Shown: positions 1-11,204, counted from the stretch's first letter. The stretch is 64,000 nt of DNA from Octopus sinensis (GCF_006345805.1 NC_043001.1:38130001-38194000); one strand, 5' to 3'. Numbers and translations: made by a program. The notes: generated from the sequence alone by a model not told the origin.

Positions 1-395
1 AAAGCTAGTCAGAATTTATCTATTAAAAAGAAAAGAAAAAAAAAAAACCAAATGAAGGATTTGCAATTATTGTTCTAAATATGGTGCACAATTAACATTC
101 TATTTTAATTATTTTATTTGGAGTATTCTTTAGTCTGTAGTTGCTGACAATTTTATACGAATGAAATTTAATTACTAAGTGACAGTTAACTGATAATTTA
201 TGATGGCTTACTATGTGAAAAATTTTAACCAGGAAGCACTTTCAGTCTGTAGAATTAGGTATACGAACACTAAAGAATTAAGTAGTTTCAGATTCTCTAG
301 GGAACTGATAAAATTTTTAGTGAAACAATATTTCATTTTAAAACTAATCTAGATACATGTTAAAGTCTCTCAAACTAATTTAAGCATTAACTTAC

Positions 396-422
396 CTCCT
401 CTTCATCACCCTCCTCTTCATA
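396..422 (-). CDS. NAP1L1: NAP1 coding exon 13, 27-nt acidic microexon (YEEEGDEEE)
   Basis: ttttcag acceptor, gtaagt donor, phase 0 to 0, fits the acidic C-terminal tail. Confidence 0.88.
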
Positions 423-3400
423 CTGAAATGAAAAAAAATTTATGCAAATAAAATTGTAAAACAATACCTTGAAGCATAAAAGTCAAAAACTTCCTTTAAG
501 AATTCTCTATACAAACTAAATTTATGTCACATTTTCCCCCTGTGCTATGTTACAAATAACTAGAATATTGACAGTTCAATATAATTTGATAATGTTACTG
601 ATGTAAGCAAGTAGATGTATCAAAGAATGAAGTAATCTGTTGACTAGCACTGTATTAAGTATGGTGGTGAGGGGGGATAAAGCTGTGACAGAACAGTATT
701 CAATTGAGAATGTAATTTAAAATTTATATTTGATTTCCAGAACGAAAAATTAAGACTGTATATTTCAGACTTTACCCGTAGAATAGTTATGAGAGAATTC
801 ATAAGACAGATCTTTATATGAAACCAATTAATGGTTTACGAAACAAATTTAAAGATTTTAGAATTTAATTAAAATAAGAGAACAGTCACAAATATAACAA
901 TGGGTTAGAGAACAGGAGGAATCAATATTTACATCTTCATCATCTTCCAATGCTTCGCCAGTAAAATACAAAACAGCCTTTGGGATGATTCTTTCTCGTA
1001 TAAAGTGCCCAACTTCAAAATCTGTTGCCAAAATTGTTTCAGCATTCTCATCCTTAAAAAACATTTTAAAAAAATTAAATAATAAAAATGTAAAATGAGA
1101 AGAAAAAAATTCAAATCAAAATGTATGTGAAGCCAAAACTTACCAGCTCTGATTCATCAGCAGGAACTAAAAAGAAATAAAAATTTTTTTTTAGAATAAC
1201 TCAACATTTCACCATACAAAATAATCTATGCAGATAGAACAAGTCAGAAAATTTTACCTGTAGGAGGATTGAAGAAATTGAAAAAGGAATCAATTTCTAC
1301 AGTTTTTGTAACAGTCCTTGTCGTTCCTCTACCTTTATGCTTCAGTTTTTTCTTCAACACTTTCACAGTAACATCTTTTCCCTTTTTCCATTCTATTGGA
1401 CAACTAAAAGAAACAAAGATTTGACAAGCGTTATTAATGACTGAAGCAGAGGAGAAAAATTAGTGGACAGCTGGCTCCAAAAGAATTTACCCACTTACCC
1501 AACACATTTTATTATTTCTGGGCCTTCAAAGGAGAAAGGATCATTTACATCAGGCTCTGATTTCATAATATATTTCTTTGTTAATACACTATTCTTGATA
1601 AAATCATTTGGTTCAAAGTAGAATTGTAAGGTGAAACCCTGTAAAATGAAAACGTAAAGAACTTTCATTTCAACAAGTTGGTAATTCTGTTAATGTTACA
1701 TATAATGAGTAAATAATAACCATCAGATTATTTTAAGTGGCACTTATTCAAGATTAAAAATTGTACATCATAACTTAGGAATTATCCAACTCCTTACAAA
1801 ATGTTAAAGTCCAGAAAGAGAACTCACCATTGGGTCTTTCTCTGAGAAAACACACTTTATATCAATAAGATGTTGCAGAATAGGTTCATCATGTTCCTAA
1901 TTTAAATGGAGGATAAAAAAAAGTTTACATTAATTACAATTCTTCAAAGATAATGAAAACAAAGGTGTTACTAACAACTGGCAAAAATAAGCAATGTACA
2001 AATTTTTCATGTTTGGCAAAAAAAAAAAAAAAAATCTTAAATCTCAAAACATTTTGTACCCAAAAAAGGTTTCCTGTCAACGTTGAGCCCCATGTATAGA
2101 TTATATCTACCCATTAAAACTGACACATCAAATATACAAAAATAGAAAACCATGCAGTTAATCTATACAGAACAGCATGCTTAGTAGACCCATAGTGGTG
2201 GGTTAAATCTTCAGTATTCAGATTACTGTCAAATGTAATGCTTATTCACATTGTTTTGAATAAATCATAACATGCAGCTTCAAGATCTCAATAATGTTTG
2301 TTTTATGACTTGTGTAGGTCTGAGAAGCCAGATCTGGCCAGTTTCAATGCAAAATGGGTAAACATTTTGGCTGGATATGGCCAGTTTAAATGCTTAGCCA
2401 CAGTTGTGCTATCTTTTCAGAGCTGAAATCCCACCAGAACTCACAAGATTTTGTTAGGGTTTTGAAGTAAAAAGAAAAATAAACTATTGAATTTACACCC
2501 AATATCTAACAAATGTGAACTTGTACGAAAACTAGTAAAGCAACACAAGCCAATTCAGTTGGTTAATTTATAATCTAGCTCAACAGAAGAGAAAGAGGGG
2601 GAGGGGGAAGAAAAAAAAAAGAGGGCTAATAGAAATTAAGTCAGTTTTCTTCCGACATTATGGATGCCCAACACACATTTGTAACTGAAAGTAATCTATT
2701 TACCTGAACCATTTCTGAAAGAATATCTACATTCTTGAAGACTGTCAACCAGAAATGAGGAATACCTTTTGTATTTTCTGGAAAAAAATAAATAAAATTT
2801 TAATTAAAACTTTACAATTGATAGGTTGATGTTTAGTAATTCCCAATTGCTGTTTCAGAAAACCTCAGTAATATCCATACATCAACTTTTACTTGCAGAT
2901 TGTATTTTAGCAAGAAAGACTTATCTCTACACTTATGCAAATTGCACCATACACTTTCATGACTCGCTGTTCTCTAAACCCATATCCAACAGACTGCATT
3001 GGACTACCACTCCACCTAATAAATTAGCTTCACTTTAACATTACATTCTGCACTAAATTTTCTGGGTGTACCCCTATTGCCACTAACTCATCAGCACCCT
3101 TGTCTTGCTCATTTATTATTCTACTGCCTACTCCAAATACTCCTGCACTTTCCTTTATACTCTTGATTCTGCCTTATTCCCTTTCAGTCCTTTTGATGTC
3201 TAGCTCCCTTCCTCTCATAAATAGATGTGCCATTGGCTACCAAGTACAATATATTTACACCTTGATAACTACCTATTTCTAGCCTTTCTACTATTATTAC
3301 TCCTTCACATTCCCTTCTCAGTCTACATGCCCAAGGTTAATGGGCGCTTTAGTGTTGGTGCCACAAGAAAATGTATGCAGATCAAATTACAATATGATTG

Positions 3401-6400
3401 GCAATACGAGGGTCATCTAGCCAAAGAAACTGGAATTAATGTCACATAACCAGTCATTAGGAGTGACTTCCCAATAACAAATGACAGACTATAATGTTCA
3501 GTCCAACCTATACCAGCTTTGGAAAACAAAAGCCAATGATATCAGAAAAAGATAATTGTTATATTGCTTACATCTTTTGACAATCAGTTGTGTTAATAGC
3601 TAAATAACTGAATTTAAATACTTACCATCTAAAACCTCAACCTCAGGTTCTTTTTGTTCTGGCTTATCCTCAACTGCGGCTTTATTTCGCATATCATCCT
3701 GGAAAAAATTTGAACCTCTATTACATGCTCGTTAGAAATATTTAAAACAGTTTGATGCAACTCTATGCAATCTTAAGCTTTGTATGCTCCTTACAGAAAC
3801 CTAGCTTGTTGGTTTTGGTGGCTGTTATGACACTAAGGTACATTGGGCTGAATGGAACCGTTTTAAATAATAGTGTAATTCCTACTAAATGTGTTAAGTG
3901 CCTTTCTTTTATTTGTCCAATCACCCATGAGTGTATGTGTCCTTGTCTTGACATCACAATAGTTGTAAATGAGTGCCATCCAAGGAATGTCATTTGCAAT
4001 GCTCTGAGCAAACATGTCTAGCAATGGGGAAACTAACTTGCCTGGAAACAAGGGCATCTGGATGTAGAAAACCTGCCTCAAATTCAGTTAAACCCATGCA
4101 AGCATGGAAATGCAGATGTTATCTTTTAAGCAGAAATTTTTTGTACAGAAAGAATTTACAATTCCATATTCATTTATAGCTATTTCATATTTAAACACTT
4201 TGGGAAGAAATAATTTAAACCTACTTGAATCTAAGTCACAAATTTCCACATCAAAAGATAATATTCAAATTTCAGTATGGAGAAAAAGTAATTTCATTTT
4301 TTTTTTATCATACATATTGACAGCTATTTGCAAAGCTACTTATCAGACACAGGAACAAATTTATTTCTGAACCATTTTCAAACAAGCGTTATAGCTTAGA
4401 TTTAGCATATCTATAAATAATTACATTTGATGGAAACTAAACTTTAAATCAAAAATTTCAGAATTTAAATCCATTCAATACTAAAGCATTATACAAAATA
4501 ATTGAATCAGATGTAAATTACCCATGCAATAAATTAGCCACTTAACCCATACATTACTTATATTTCTAAAATGCACAACTTTTGCTTCAATTAAAAAAAA
4601 AAGAGAATTTAGTACATTAATGTCAATATTATTGACACTAAACTGGTGCATGAAAATGTGATACATACTGCTAATTCTTCATCACTCGACCAATCACATT
4701 CTTCATCTGTGGGTTCAACATTAGCATTCACAATATCTTTTCTCTACAAAAAGAGTTGAGAAAGTAAAATTAAAATGACTTAAAATTAACATTAAAGCAT
4801 AAGCAATTAACTCAATAGTTACAATGAAAATCTCACTTTGTCATAGAATGGAGCATATTTCTCAGCAAATTTGCATTCCAATGAGTGAAGCTCTTCATAG
4901 AAATCAGATTCAATTTTAGTTGTTTCAAATTGGAGTTTCTTTAAGGCTTTTATTCTCCGCTTAACACATTTAGGTAAACTGAAAGAAAAAAAAATCCAAC
5001 ACAGAGTATGATTATTGGGATTAAATAAAAGGCACTGTAGAGTCTACATACAGCAAGAAAATTCAAAATGTTAATACATTTAGGAAATTTATAAATAACC
5101 ACAAGCACATCAATGCACAATTTCCTTTATCAAAAGCTTAACATTAACTCGTACAGCAATACTTAACAGCTAAATTTGAATTACCCAGTAAAATTCTATA
5201 ACTGAAAATTCTAAATTTATAATCCTGCCGTGCCCAAATGAAATTTTCATATCAAAAAATAAGATTTATGACTTCTAAGTTCATTTTAGAATTGAACTAA
5301 ATTATAGGTGGGGAGATTATTTTATTTAGAAGCATACTAAAGAAGTTAAATTTCAAGTGCACTTTTAATAGTCCTTCAGAACGTTCATTTGTGATCCATT
5401 TTCTTTTACCCTGCATAGGTTACACAAATATTACTAACGCATTCTTTTACAGCCAGATGTCCTTCCTATTACTAATACATACCTATATATATTTCAAGTA
5501 AGGGATCCTTGAAAGCAATGACTATCCCTTAAAGCTTAGCTATTTTCAAAGAGCAAATGTAAAGACATACAAGATAAGCATATTTACTGTCAAGCACATC
5601 CAACCAGGTTGGTGCAAGGCAATTGTCAAAAGTACTGTGCAGAGAGGCTGAATCTGAAACTATGTGATTGGAATAATAACTCAACGACACAGCTATACCA
5701 TTATCCTACAAAATTACATTACAAATACTGAAAATTCTAATACTTCAGTCATAACTAAAAACCAAAAGGGAACAAAATTTCAATATTTTCAAGTAAGCAC
5801 TATTACTATTAGCTCATATGATTGTTTTATAACTATATTTACATAAATATTTGCCACTTTTGTAGACAGCAACTAACTCATGAATAATTCATTTAAGTTG
5901 TTTTCTTTATTCTTTCAGAAAATTGAATTTTAACAAAAAGAAAAACAATAAGCTTTGAAGGAAATTTTAAAGTTTGCATAAGAGGAAGTTTTTCAAACAA
6001 ACCTAACATCCCTGTACAACACAGATCCACACAGTACCCCAGCCCAACCTACACTGCTCAAAAACTAAGACCTGCTTAATTCTTTCCTCTATAATCCATT
6101 TTCATTCTGTTTGTTAACATCAACCCACATGGTACCAAATTGTTGCACACTTTCTTTGTTAAATGAAGCTTTCTTCAGAAAATGGCAACTAAATAATGAA
6201 CAACTTATTCGATGAATCAAATGCAGTTAAGGCTTTGGGGATGATAACCAGAGCAATATATATTTTTCTTCTGTGCATATTCAATGTCTAACTTCAATCT
6301 GATTTTTCATCCAGGTTACATTGGGCACTGAACTTTTTGTCAAGTGTTGTTAGTATAGAAACAATGGAAAATGCTGAAAAATTATCAACCTTCTCTTTAA

Positions 6401-9099
6401 TTTTGATCAGAATAATCACTTAACAATTTTATCTTGCAAAACAGAAGTTTCGAAGAGTGCAGTTTGATTCTCAGTTACTTTTTCAAAGGAAGTGACAAAG
6501 GAGAATATTCAGCATATTTTGCTTTACAAGTTCAATAAAAGCAACAATACAATGCAAAGTGCGAGGAATATTAATACAGTAGATGGAAGCCAGACAATAA
6601 GCATAAGCCAATGTCAACAGTGAGCCGGAAACTACAGCCTAGACAAGGACATCCTTCAAACCCTGGAACAAAATCCCATCGTAACTGTTGAGGAACTGGC
6701 AAAGAAGATTGGATTTGGTCATTCAACCATTCATTGACACCGGCATGCCATTGGAAAACTCAAATTTGGTCAATGGGTTCCTCACAAACTTTGTGTAATT
6801 GCACATAGTGAATGTGTGCTCTTCTTTGCTGTCACAGCTCACGAATGAACTATTTTTTTTTGACCGAATAATGACGGGTGATGAGAAATGGGTCCTCTAT
6901 AAAAACGTCAAGTGCCAAAGACGGACGGTAAAATAAAGAGAAACAGCAGCACCCCAGGCTAAAGGTCTTTACCCACATAAAGTTGCCTGTTTGGTAGGAT
7001 ATGAAAAGATTAACTTTTAAACACAAAATGATAAAGAAGATCTATGAGCAGCTTAAGTGGCTTCACCCTCTAGTGTTCAAACCGGCCAAAATTAATTCCG
7101 CTTTATTTGTTCAAACCAGCCGTATTCGAAAGCTCTATGAAATCGCTAAGAAATAAAAAAATCACGTTATTGAATTCTTATAGCTTTGAGATAATGCAAG
7201 ATGAAGCCTTTCCCGCCTTTATTCAAGTATAAATACTGTGAAATTGTTTAAACCACATGGTTATTTCCACAAAGAGAAGTGTTTACCATTGTTGTGAAAG
7301 AAATGGTGTCAGCAAGTAGCAATTCCGACTTTGAAGGAGTTACAATTGATGATATAGAAGATATAAACAAAAACAAAAGTATTTTGTCTTCGGATGAATC
7401 TGATATTGATATCAGTGAGTATTCGTCAGATGAAGATTTCGATAACGAAAGTGATGAAAACGATATTGTAAACATGGCAAAAAATTACGACACCAAACAC
7501 TATTTCTGATTTTACAAAAAACACAGGTCCACAACACAATTTACCTCCTGATGCTTAACCATTAGACTGTTTTTATTTTGCCTGAAGGTTTTTTTGAAAA
7601 TTCCGTTTTTGGATTTGGTATGCAAGATTCTTTATACGAGTTCGTGTGTTGAAGCATATTCTGTTGTGTCTGAAGAGAGTCACTTCCTTTTTGTGCCTTA
7701 TAATGTAACACTCACCAGTAAAATTACCACTTTTTCTTCTTTTTTTTTCCCCTAAAATTTTCGTCGCGTCTTGCAGCCTTCTCAATATCTCAACTCTTGA
7801 CTCTAGAGTCAAAACTATTGAAAAGGTTGCAAGATGCAATGAAAATTTTAGGAAAATAAAAATAAGAAATAAGTGGAAATTTTACCAGTGAGTGTTACAT
7901 TACAAGGAACAAAAAGAAATTGATTCTCCCTAAACAGAATATTATCTAATATATTGAAATACGGCACTTTACAAGGTGTTATAGAAAGCAGAGCAAATCA
8001 GAGACATAGCCTAAAATACTAAATGCTAGTAACAGAGATAACTATTAAGGTGCTACTGAAGGGCTAGTTAAAAGGTAGTAAAATCATACTAACAATATCT
8101 AACTGCTTATAATATAAGTAACAACCCTGTGTAAATCTAGCAACAGGAAAGCTATAATAGCTTGAATAGGTGCTGGTATGGCTGTGTGCTAAGACACTTG
8201 CTTCCCAACCACATGGCACCTTGGGCAAGTGTCTACTATAACCTCAGGCTGACTAAACCTTTGAGTGGATTTGGTAGATGGAAATTGAAAGAGGCCCATC
8301 ATGTGTGTGTGGTATCACTTGACAACTGATGGTGCGTTTATGTCCCCAAAAGAGACTGATAGAATGAGTTCTAGACCTAGAAGGAATGTGCCATAGGGTT
8401 AATCTCTTCAACCAAAGGTGGTGCTCCAGCATAAACTCAGTCAAATGACAAACAAAATAAAATAAAATACCTTTGAATATAAGTGGATGGAGTACCAATA
8501 ATACTGCCTAGCTTATCTTGCAGAGCAGCCAATTCAAAAGGATTTTGCATCCATTCACAAGCAACGTCTGTAGATCCAGTTTGTGGAGCATCTGAAAGAA
8601 AATTAGTGAAGCAATTGTAATTACAATAGCCTATAACAAAATAATATACTCAAGTTAACCCTTTTGTTACCATATTTCTGCCTAGATGCTATGTGTTTCT
8701 TTCATTTATTTTAACCCTTTAGTATTTAAACCGGCCAAAATATTTAATCTGTTTTATGTTCAAACTGACCAGATCCAGGCTCTCACACCTACCCTACAAT
8801 GTTATTCTACATTAAGTAATTACACCATCAAGATCTTGATATGAGATAATGCATGGTTAATTCAAATCAATGGGAATCAATAAGCATTATGTTTGAATAA
8901 TCTGAACACTAAAGGGTTAAACAAAGAATTTAGTAAAATAACTTGGTTATCATTAAGCTAGTGTTAGGAATGTAAATTGTGAATAAGGTTAAGATTTTAA
9001 TTCAGAACTTTCAAAAACAAAACATTTATACTACAGAGCCAGAGGCGGTTTGGTATCAAAAGGGTTAATAATAATAATCAAACTATCTTTACATGTGGC

Positions 9100-9144
<45 letters not shown>

Positions 9145-11011
9145 AGGGTACTAAGAAGCACCAGCTTTGCTAAGGAAAGGAGTTATATGAATAATAGTGT
9201 TCTTTTGTAATATTTATTATGAATAATACTTTTATTTTGAGATCTGGTTTGCAAGATTCTTTGAGAGTTTGTGTTGAAACATTGTGTCTGGGGAGTTCCT
9301 ATTTTCTTTCGTGTCTTAACACACGAGTGTGTTAAATAAGGAACTAAAAGAAAATGACTCTCCCCAGACAATATTCTTTTATATATTTATAAATAATTCA
9401 CATAGTTCATTTCTTCATTGGAAAGTGAATTTAACAATATCGTTATGAGTAGATTTGGCTGAAGACGACCAAGTGCTTTTTGGCACTAAATTCAAAACCA
9501 TGATACCAATTAACTGCTATTCCTTCTTGCAATCTTGCAGAAGGAAAGACATTTTTATTCACTTAATTTTTCTCCCCACCCCCCATGCCTATAAATTTGA
9601 TTACAGTGGCTTCAGAAATTTTTCAAGGCTGCCTTCCATAGCAAAGCTGGTGCTTCATAGTACCCATGCACACAAATTAAAACCCTTTCGAATATTTTTT
9701 TTATATAAAAAATATGCTTCTAAATTTACACTGTACCCACAGGTTAAAATAATTGAAATATTGAGGATTACCTTCTGATCCTTCTTCAACATCTGTTTCT
9801 ACTTCCTCAGGATCAGCTTCTGCATTGTTTTGTCTGAAATAAAATTTTATACAATTAAAGATATTGCTATTTATAATTTTCAAGTCTTATTTCCATTATT
9901 ATAAATTAAAAATGTAAGTGATCAAGTAGTCTGGAAAATTTACTTTATACATCCAGAATGTTCTAATCACTTTTTCATTTACTATTAGAGGGGTGTATCT
10001 GTAAACAGAAATAATTCTGCCTACATTCTTAACCCTCTAAAATACCCATTATATACATACAGCAAATTATTTGCTAAAAAACTGCATCAGTTTTGTAAAA
10101 TAAAACTACGTAGCATATCAGACTGCTAATATGACATACTTTGTAAGTAGGTGGTAGCATCTCACAAAAACCAGCCTGTATCTTATAAATACATGGTCAG
10201 TTTGAATTACTGGCCAGCAGTATTTCAGGTGGAGCAGTACCCAATAAAATTGTTAGTATTATCACAAAATTACTACCAACAGAAATGAAAATACATAACC
10301 ATACACAAACTAATAATTGGTCATATATCAATCTTGTGTCTGCCCCACTGCATTTCAAGAGTTTGAAGCACTCAGACAATCTGATGCTGGTTGAATTGAA
10401 ATTCATGTTTAATTTAGATTAACCCATCTTTAGAGTCACAGAAAACAAAAACTTTGAATCAGACGTTTCAATTTCTGAGTGTAAACAATAGCATCAACAA
10501 CAGGTAATGCAATGATTTCACAAGAGAAATCTTTGATTTTAATGTATTTTTCAAAATCTAGATGAAAATAGTGGTTTCACTAAGTAAACAATTGAATTAC
10601 ACTGTCCACATATGTGTGAGCACTACAAATTTTTGGAGACTTTTTTCTCTCCATTTTGATTTTCAGAAAGGTTTTACAATGGACAAAAAATTGATACTGG
10701 TGTTGTGTTGTCAAGCAACTAGTTTTAATTTGAAGTATTTTTCAAAGAAGACATTAAAAATAGTATAAGAAAATTTACGGTAAACAAAAAAAAAACTATG
10801 TATGATTATGAATTGGATATTTCATTAAAATGAGAAGTGCTGGATTTCATAAATGCATGAATACATTCAACTTCAAAATAATCTGGAGGAAAGTTATACA
10901 CGAAAAACAGGTTTTGAAAGACCTGTCAAAGTTATATACACCGTTATTAAATTTAACTTCTAAATTATACTAATTTTATATCTTAAATACTCACGGGTCA
11001 TTGTCCGCCAT
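396..11011 (-). CDS. NAP1L1: Nucleosome assembly protein 1-like (NAP family histone chaperone); 13 coding exons in window, 3' end beyond window start
   Basis: Spliced translation MADNDP-QNNAEADPEEV...MQNPFELAALQDKLGSIIGTPSTYIQSLPKCVKRRIKALKKLQ...KGIPHFWLTVFKN...EHDEPILQHL...GFTLQFYFEPN...DPFSFEGPEII...GCPIEWKKGKDVT...DSFFNFFNPP...DFEVGHFIRERIIPKAVLYFTGEA...YEEEGDEEE carries the hallmark NAP1 motifs. All 12 internal introns are GT-AG with matching phases; 1089 nt, no stops. The symbol is family-level (L1 vs L4 not resolvable). Confidence 0.97.
933..1052 (-). CDS. NAP1L1: NAP1 coding exon 12 (DENAETILATDFEVGHFIRERIIPKAVLYFTGEALEDDED)
   Basis: 120 nt, matches ORF track 858..1064; aag acceptor, gtaaat donor. 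Confidence 0.97.
1144..1166 (-). CDS. NAP1L1: NAP1 coding exon 11, 23-nt microexon (VPADESEL)
   Basis: tag acceptor after a T-rich tract, gtaagt donor. Its phase 1 to 0 is required to join exons 10 and 12. Confidence 0.9.
1258..1403 (-). CDS. NAP1L1: NAP1 coding exon 10 (CPIEWKKGKDVT...KHKGRGTTRTV...DSFFNFFNPPT)
   Basis: 146 nt, basic NLS hairpin and SFFNFF motif. Confidence 0.97.
1499..1638 (-). CDS. NAP1L1: NAP1 coding exon 9 (GFTLQFYFEPN...DPFSFEGPEIIKCVG)
   Basis: 140 nt, cag/gtaagt boundaries. Confidence 0.97.
1828..1896 (-). CDS. NAP1L1: NAP1 coding exon 8 (EHDEPILQHLIDIKCVFSEKDPM)
   Basis: 69 nt, tag/gtgagt boundaries. Confidence 0.96.
2207..2395. mobile_element. piggyBac-type MITE, family B, decayed copy
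   Basis: Follows TTAA at 2203-2206; aligns by eye with the reverse complement of 8715-8916. Confidence 0.6.
2704..2777 (-). CDS. NAP1L1: NAP1 coding exon 7 (ENTKGIPHFWLTVFKNVDILSEMVQ)
   Basis: 74 nt, KGIP.FWLT signature, cag/gtaaat boundaries. Confidence 0.97.
3626..3698 (-). CDS. NAP1L1: NAP1 coding exon 6 (DDMRNKAAVEDKPEQKEPEVEVLD)
   Basis: 73 nt, cag/gtaag boundaries, phase 0 to 1 links exons 5 and 7. Confidence 0.9.
3940..4120 (+). mobile_element. SINE-like repeat fragment ending in the RTE 3' tail
   Basis: Similar to 28390-28630 (aacatgtct.gc..tggggaaa...gggcatc...gtagaaaa...acccatgcaagcatggaaa). Confidence 0.55.
4669..4743 (-). CDS. NAP1L1: NAP1 coding exon 5 (RKDIVNANVEPTDEECDWSSDEELA)
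   Basis: 75 nt, tag/gtatgt boundaries, EPT.EEC.W motif. Confidence 0.95.
4837..4978 (-). CDS. NAP1L1: NAP1 coding exon 4 (LPKCVKRRIKALKKLQ...APFYDK)
   Basis: 142 nt, cag/gtgag boundaries, dimerisation helix motif. Confidence 0.96.
6490..7060 (+). mobile_element. mariner transposase remnant
   Basis: WVPHKL at 6774-6791 (WVPHEL motif) and IMTGDEKWVLY at ~6868-6900 (first D of DDD); frameshifts and stops. Confidence 0.9.
7066..7560 (+). mobile_element. piggyBac 5' end with acidic transposase N-terminus (truncated)
   Basis: CCCTCTAGTGTTCAAACCGGCCAAAAT resembles the family B MITE end (CCCTTTAGTATTTAAACCGGCCAAAAT). It is followed by ORF 7279-7509, rich in S/D/E like piggyBac transposase N-termini. 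Confidence 0.55.
7575..7950. repeat. Fold-back (palindromic) MITE-like repeat
   Basis: Inverted arms ~7660-7796 and ~7813-7950 centred on TTGACTCTAGAGTCAA (7797-7812). The left part is similar to 9230-9300. Confidence 0.8.
8169..8460 (+). mobile_element. tRNA-derived CORE-type SINE (octopus OR-like), decayed
   Basis: ggctgtgtg.taag head, ggcaccttgggcaagtgtct CORE-like block, gagtggatttggtagatggaaa body; many copies in the window. Confidence 0.8.
8471..8591 (-). CDS. NAP1L1: NAP1 coding exon 3 (DAPQTG...MQNPFELAALQDKLG...YIQS)
   Basis: 121 nt, cag/gtat boundaries, matches the MQNP..LAALQ motif. Confidence 0.95.
8659..9064. mobile_element. piggyBac-type MITE family A (outer element)
   Basis: TTAA TSDs at 8655-8658 and 9065-9068; TIRs CCCTTTTGTTACCA / TGGTATCAAAAGGG (13/14 match). 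Confidence 0.9.
8715..8916. mobile_element. piggyBac-type MITE family B nested in family A
   Basis: TTAA at 8711-8714 and 8917-8920; TIRs CCCTTTAGT / ACTAAAGGG. Confidence 0.9.
9106..9142. repeat. (TA)n microsatellite; representative of many (TA)n/(CA)n/(GA)n/(GAT)n tracts (e.g. 11399, 24359, 26380, 30270-30377, 33405, 41395, 46125-46197, 54211)
   Basis: Directly visible. Confidence 0.99.
9200..9380. repeat. Second fold-back repeat of the 7575-7950 family
   Basis: tgtctggggag...ttaacacac-ga-gtgtgttaa...ctccccagaca inverted arms centred at 9325/9326. Confidence 0.7.
9772..9833 (-). CDS. NAP1L1: NAP1 coding exon 2 (QNNAEADPEEVETDVEEGSE)
   Basis: cag/gtaa boundaries, 62 nt, phase 2 to 1, acidic N-terminal tail. 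Confidence 0.9.
10995..11011 (-). CDS. NAP1L1: NAP1 coding exon 1 (MADND-P); exon extends to acceptor at 11032
   Basis: AAACATGGCGGACAATGACCC followed by gtgagt donor. An upstream polypyrimidine tract and cag acceptor at 11033-11035 imply an upstream non-coding exon. Confidence 0.88.
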
Positions 11012-11204
11012 GTTTACTTGATAAGTTGTAACCTGAAAAAGAAAAGTTTTCAGTAGATTCATTTTTTATATCTTAACACAGATGAAAAGAAGAGGATGCA
11101 ATATATGAAACAAAAAGAAATTAGTGCTCCATTTTTGCAATTTTGAAAACTTTCTCTAAAACAAGCAAGCAATTACATATCTTATGATTATAGGTATATA
11201 TATG

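Noticed and set aside
10190-10430. Open frames on both strands in NAP1 intron 1
   Set aside because: No motif and no convincing splice sites; the NAP1 frame is complete without it.
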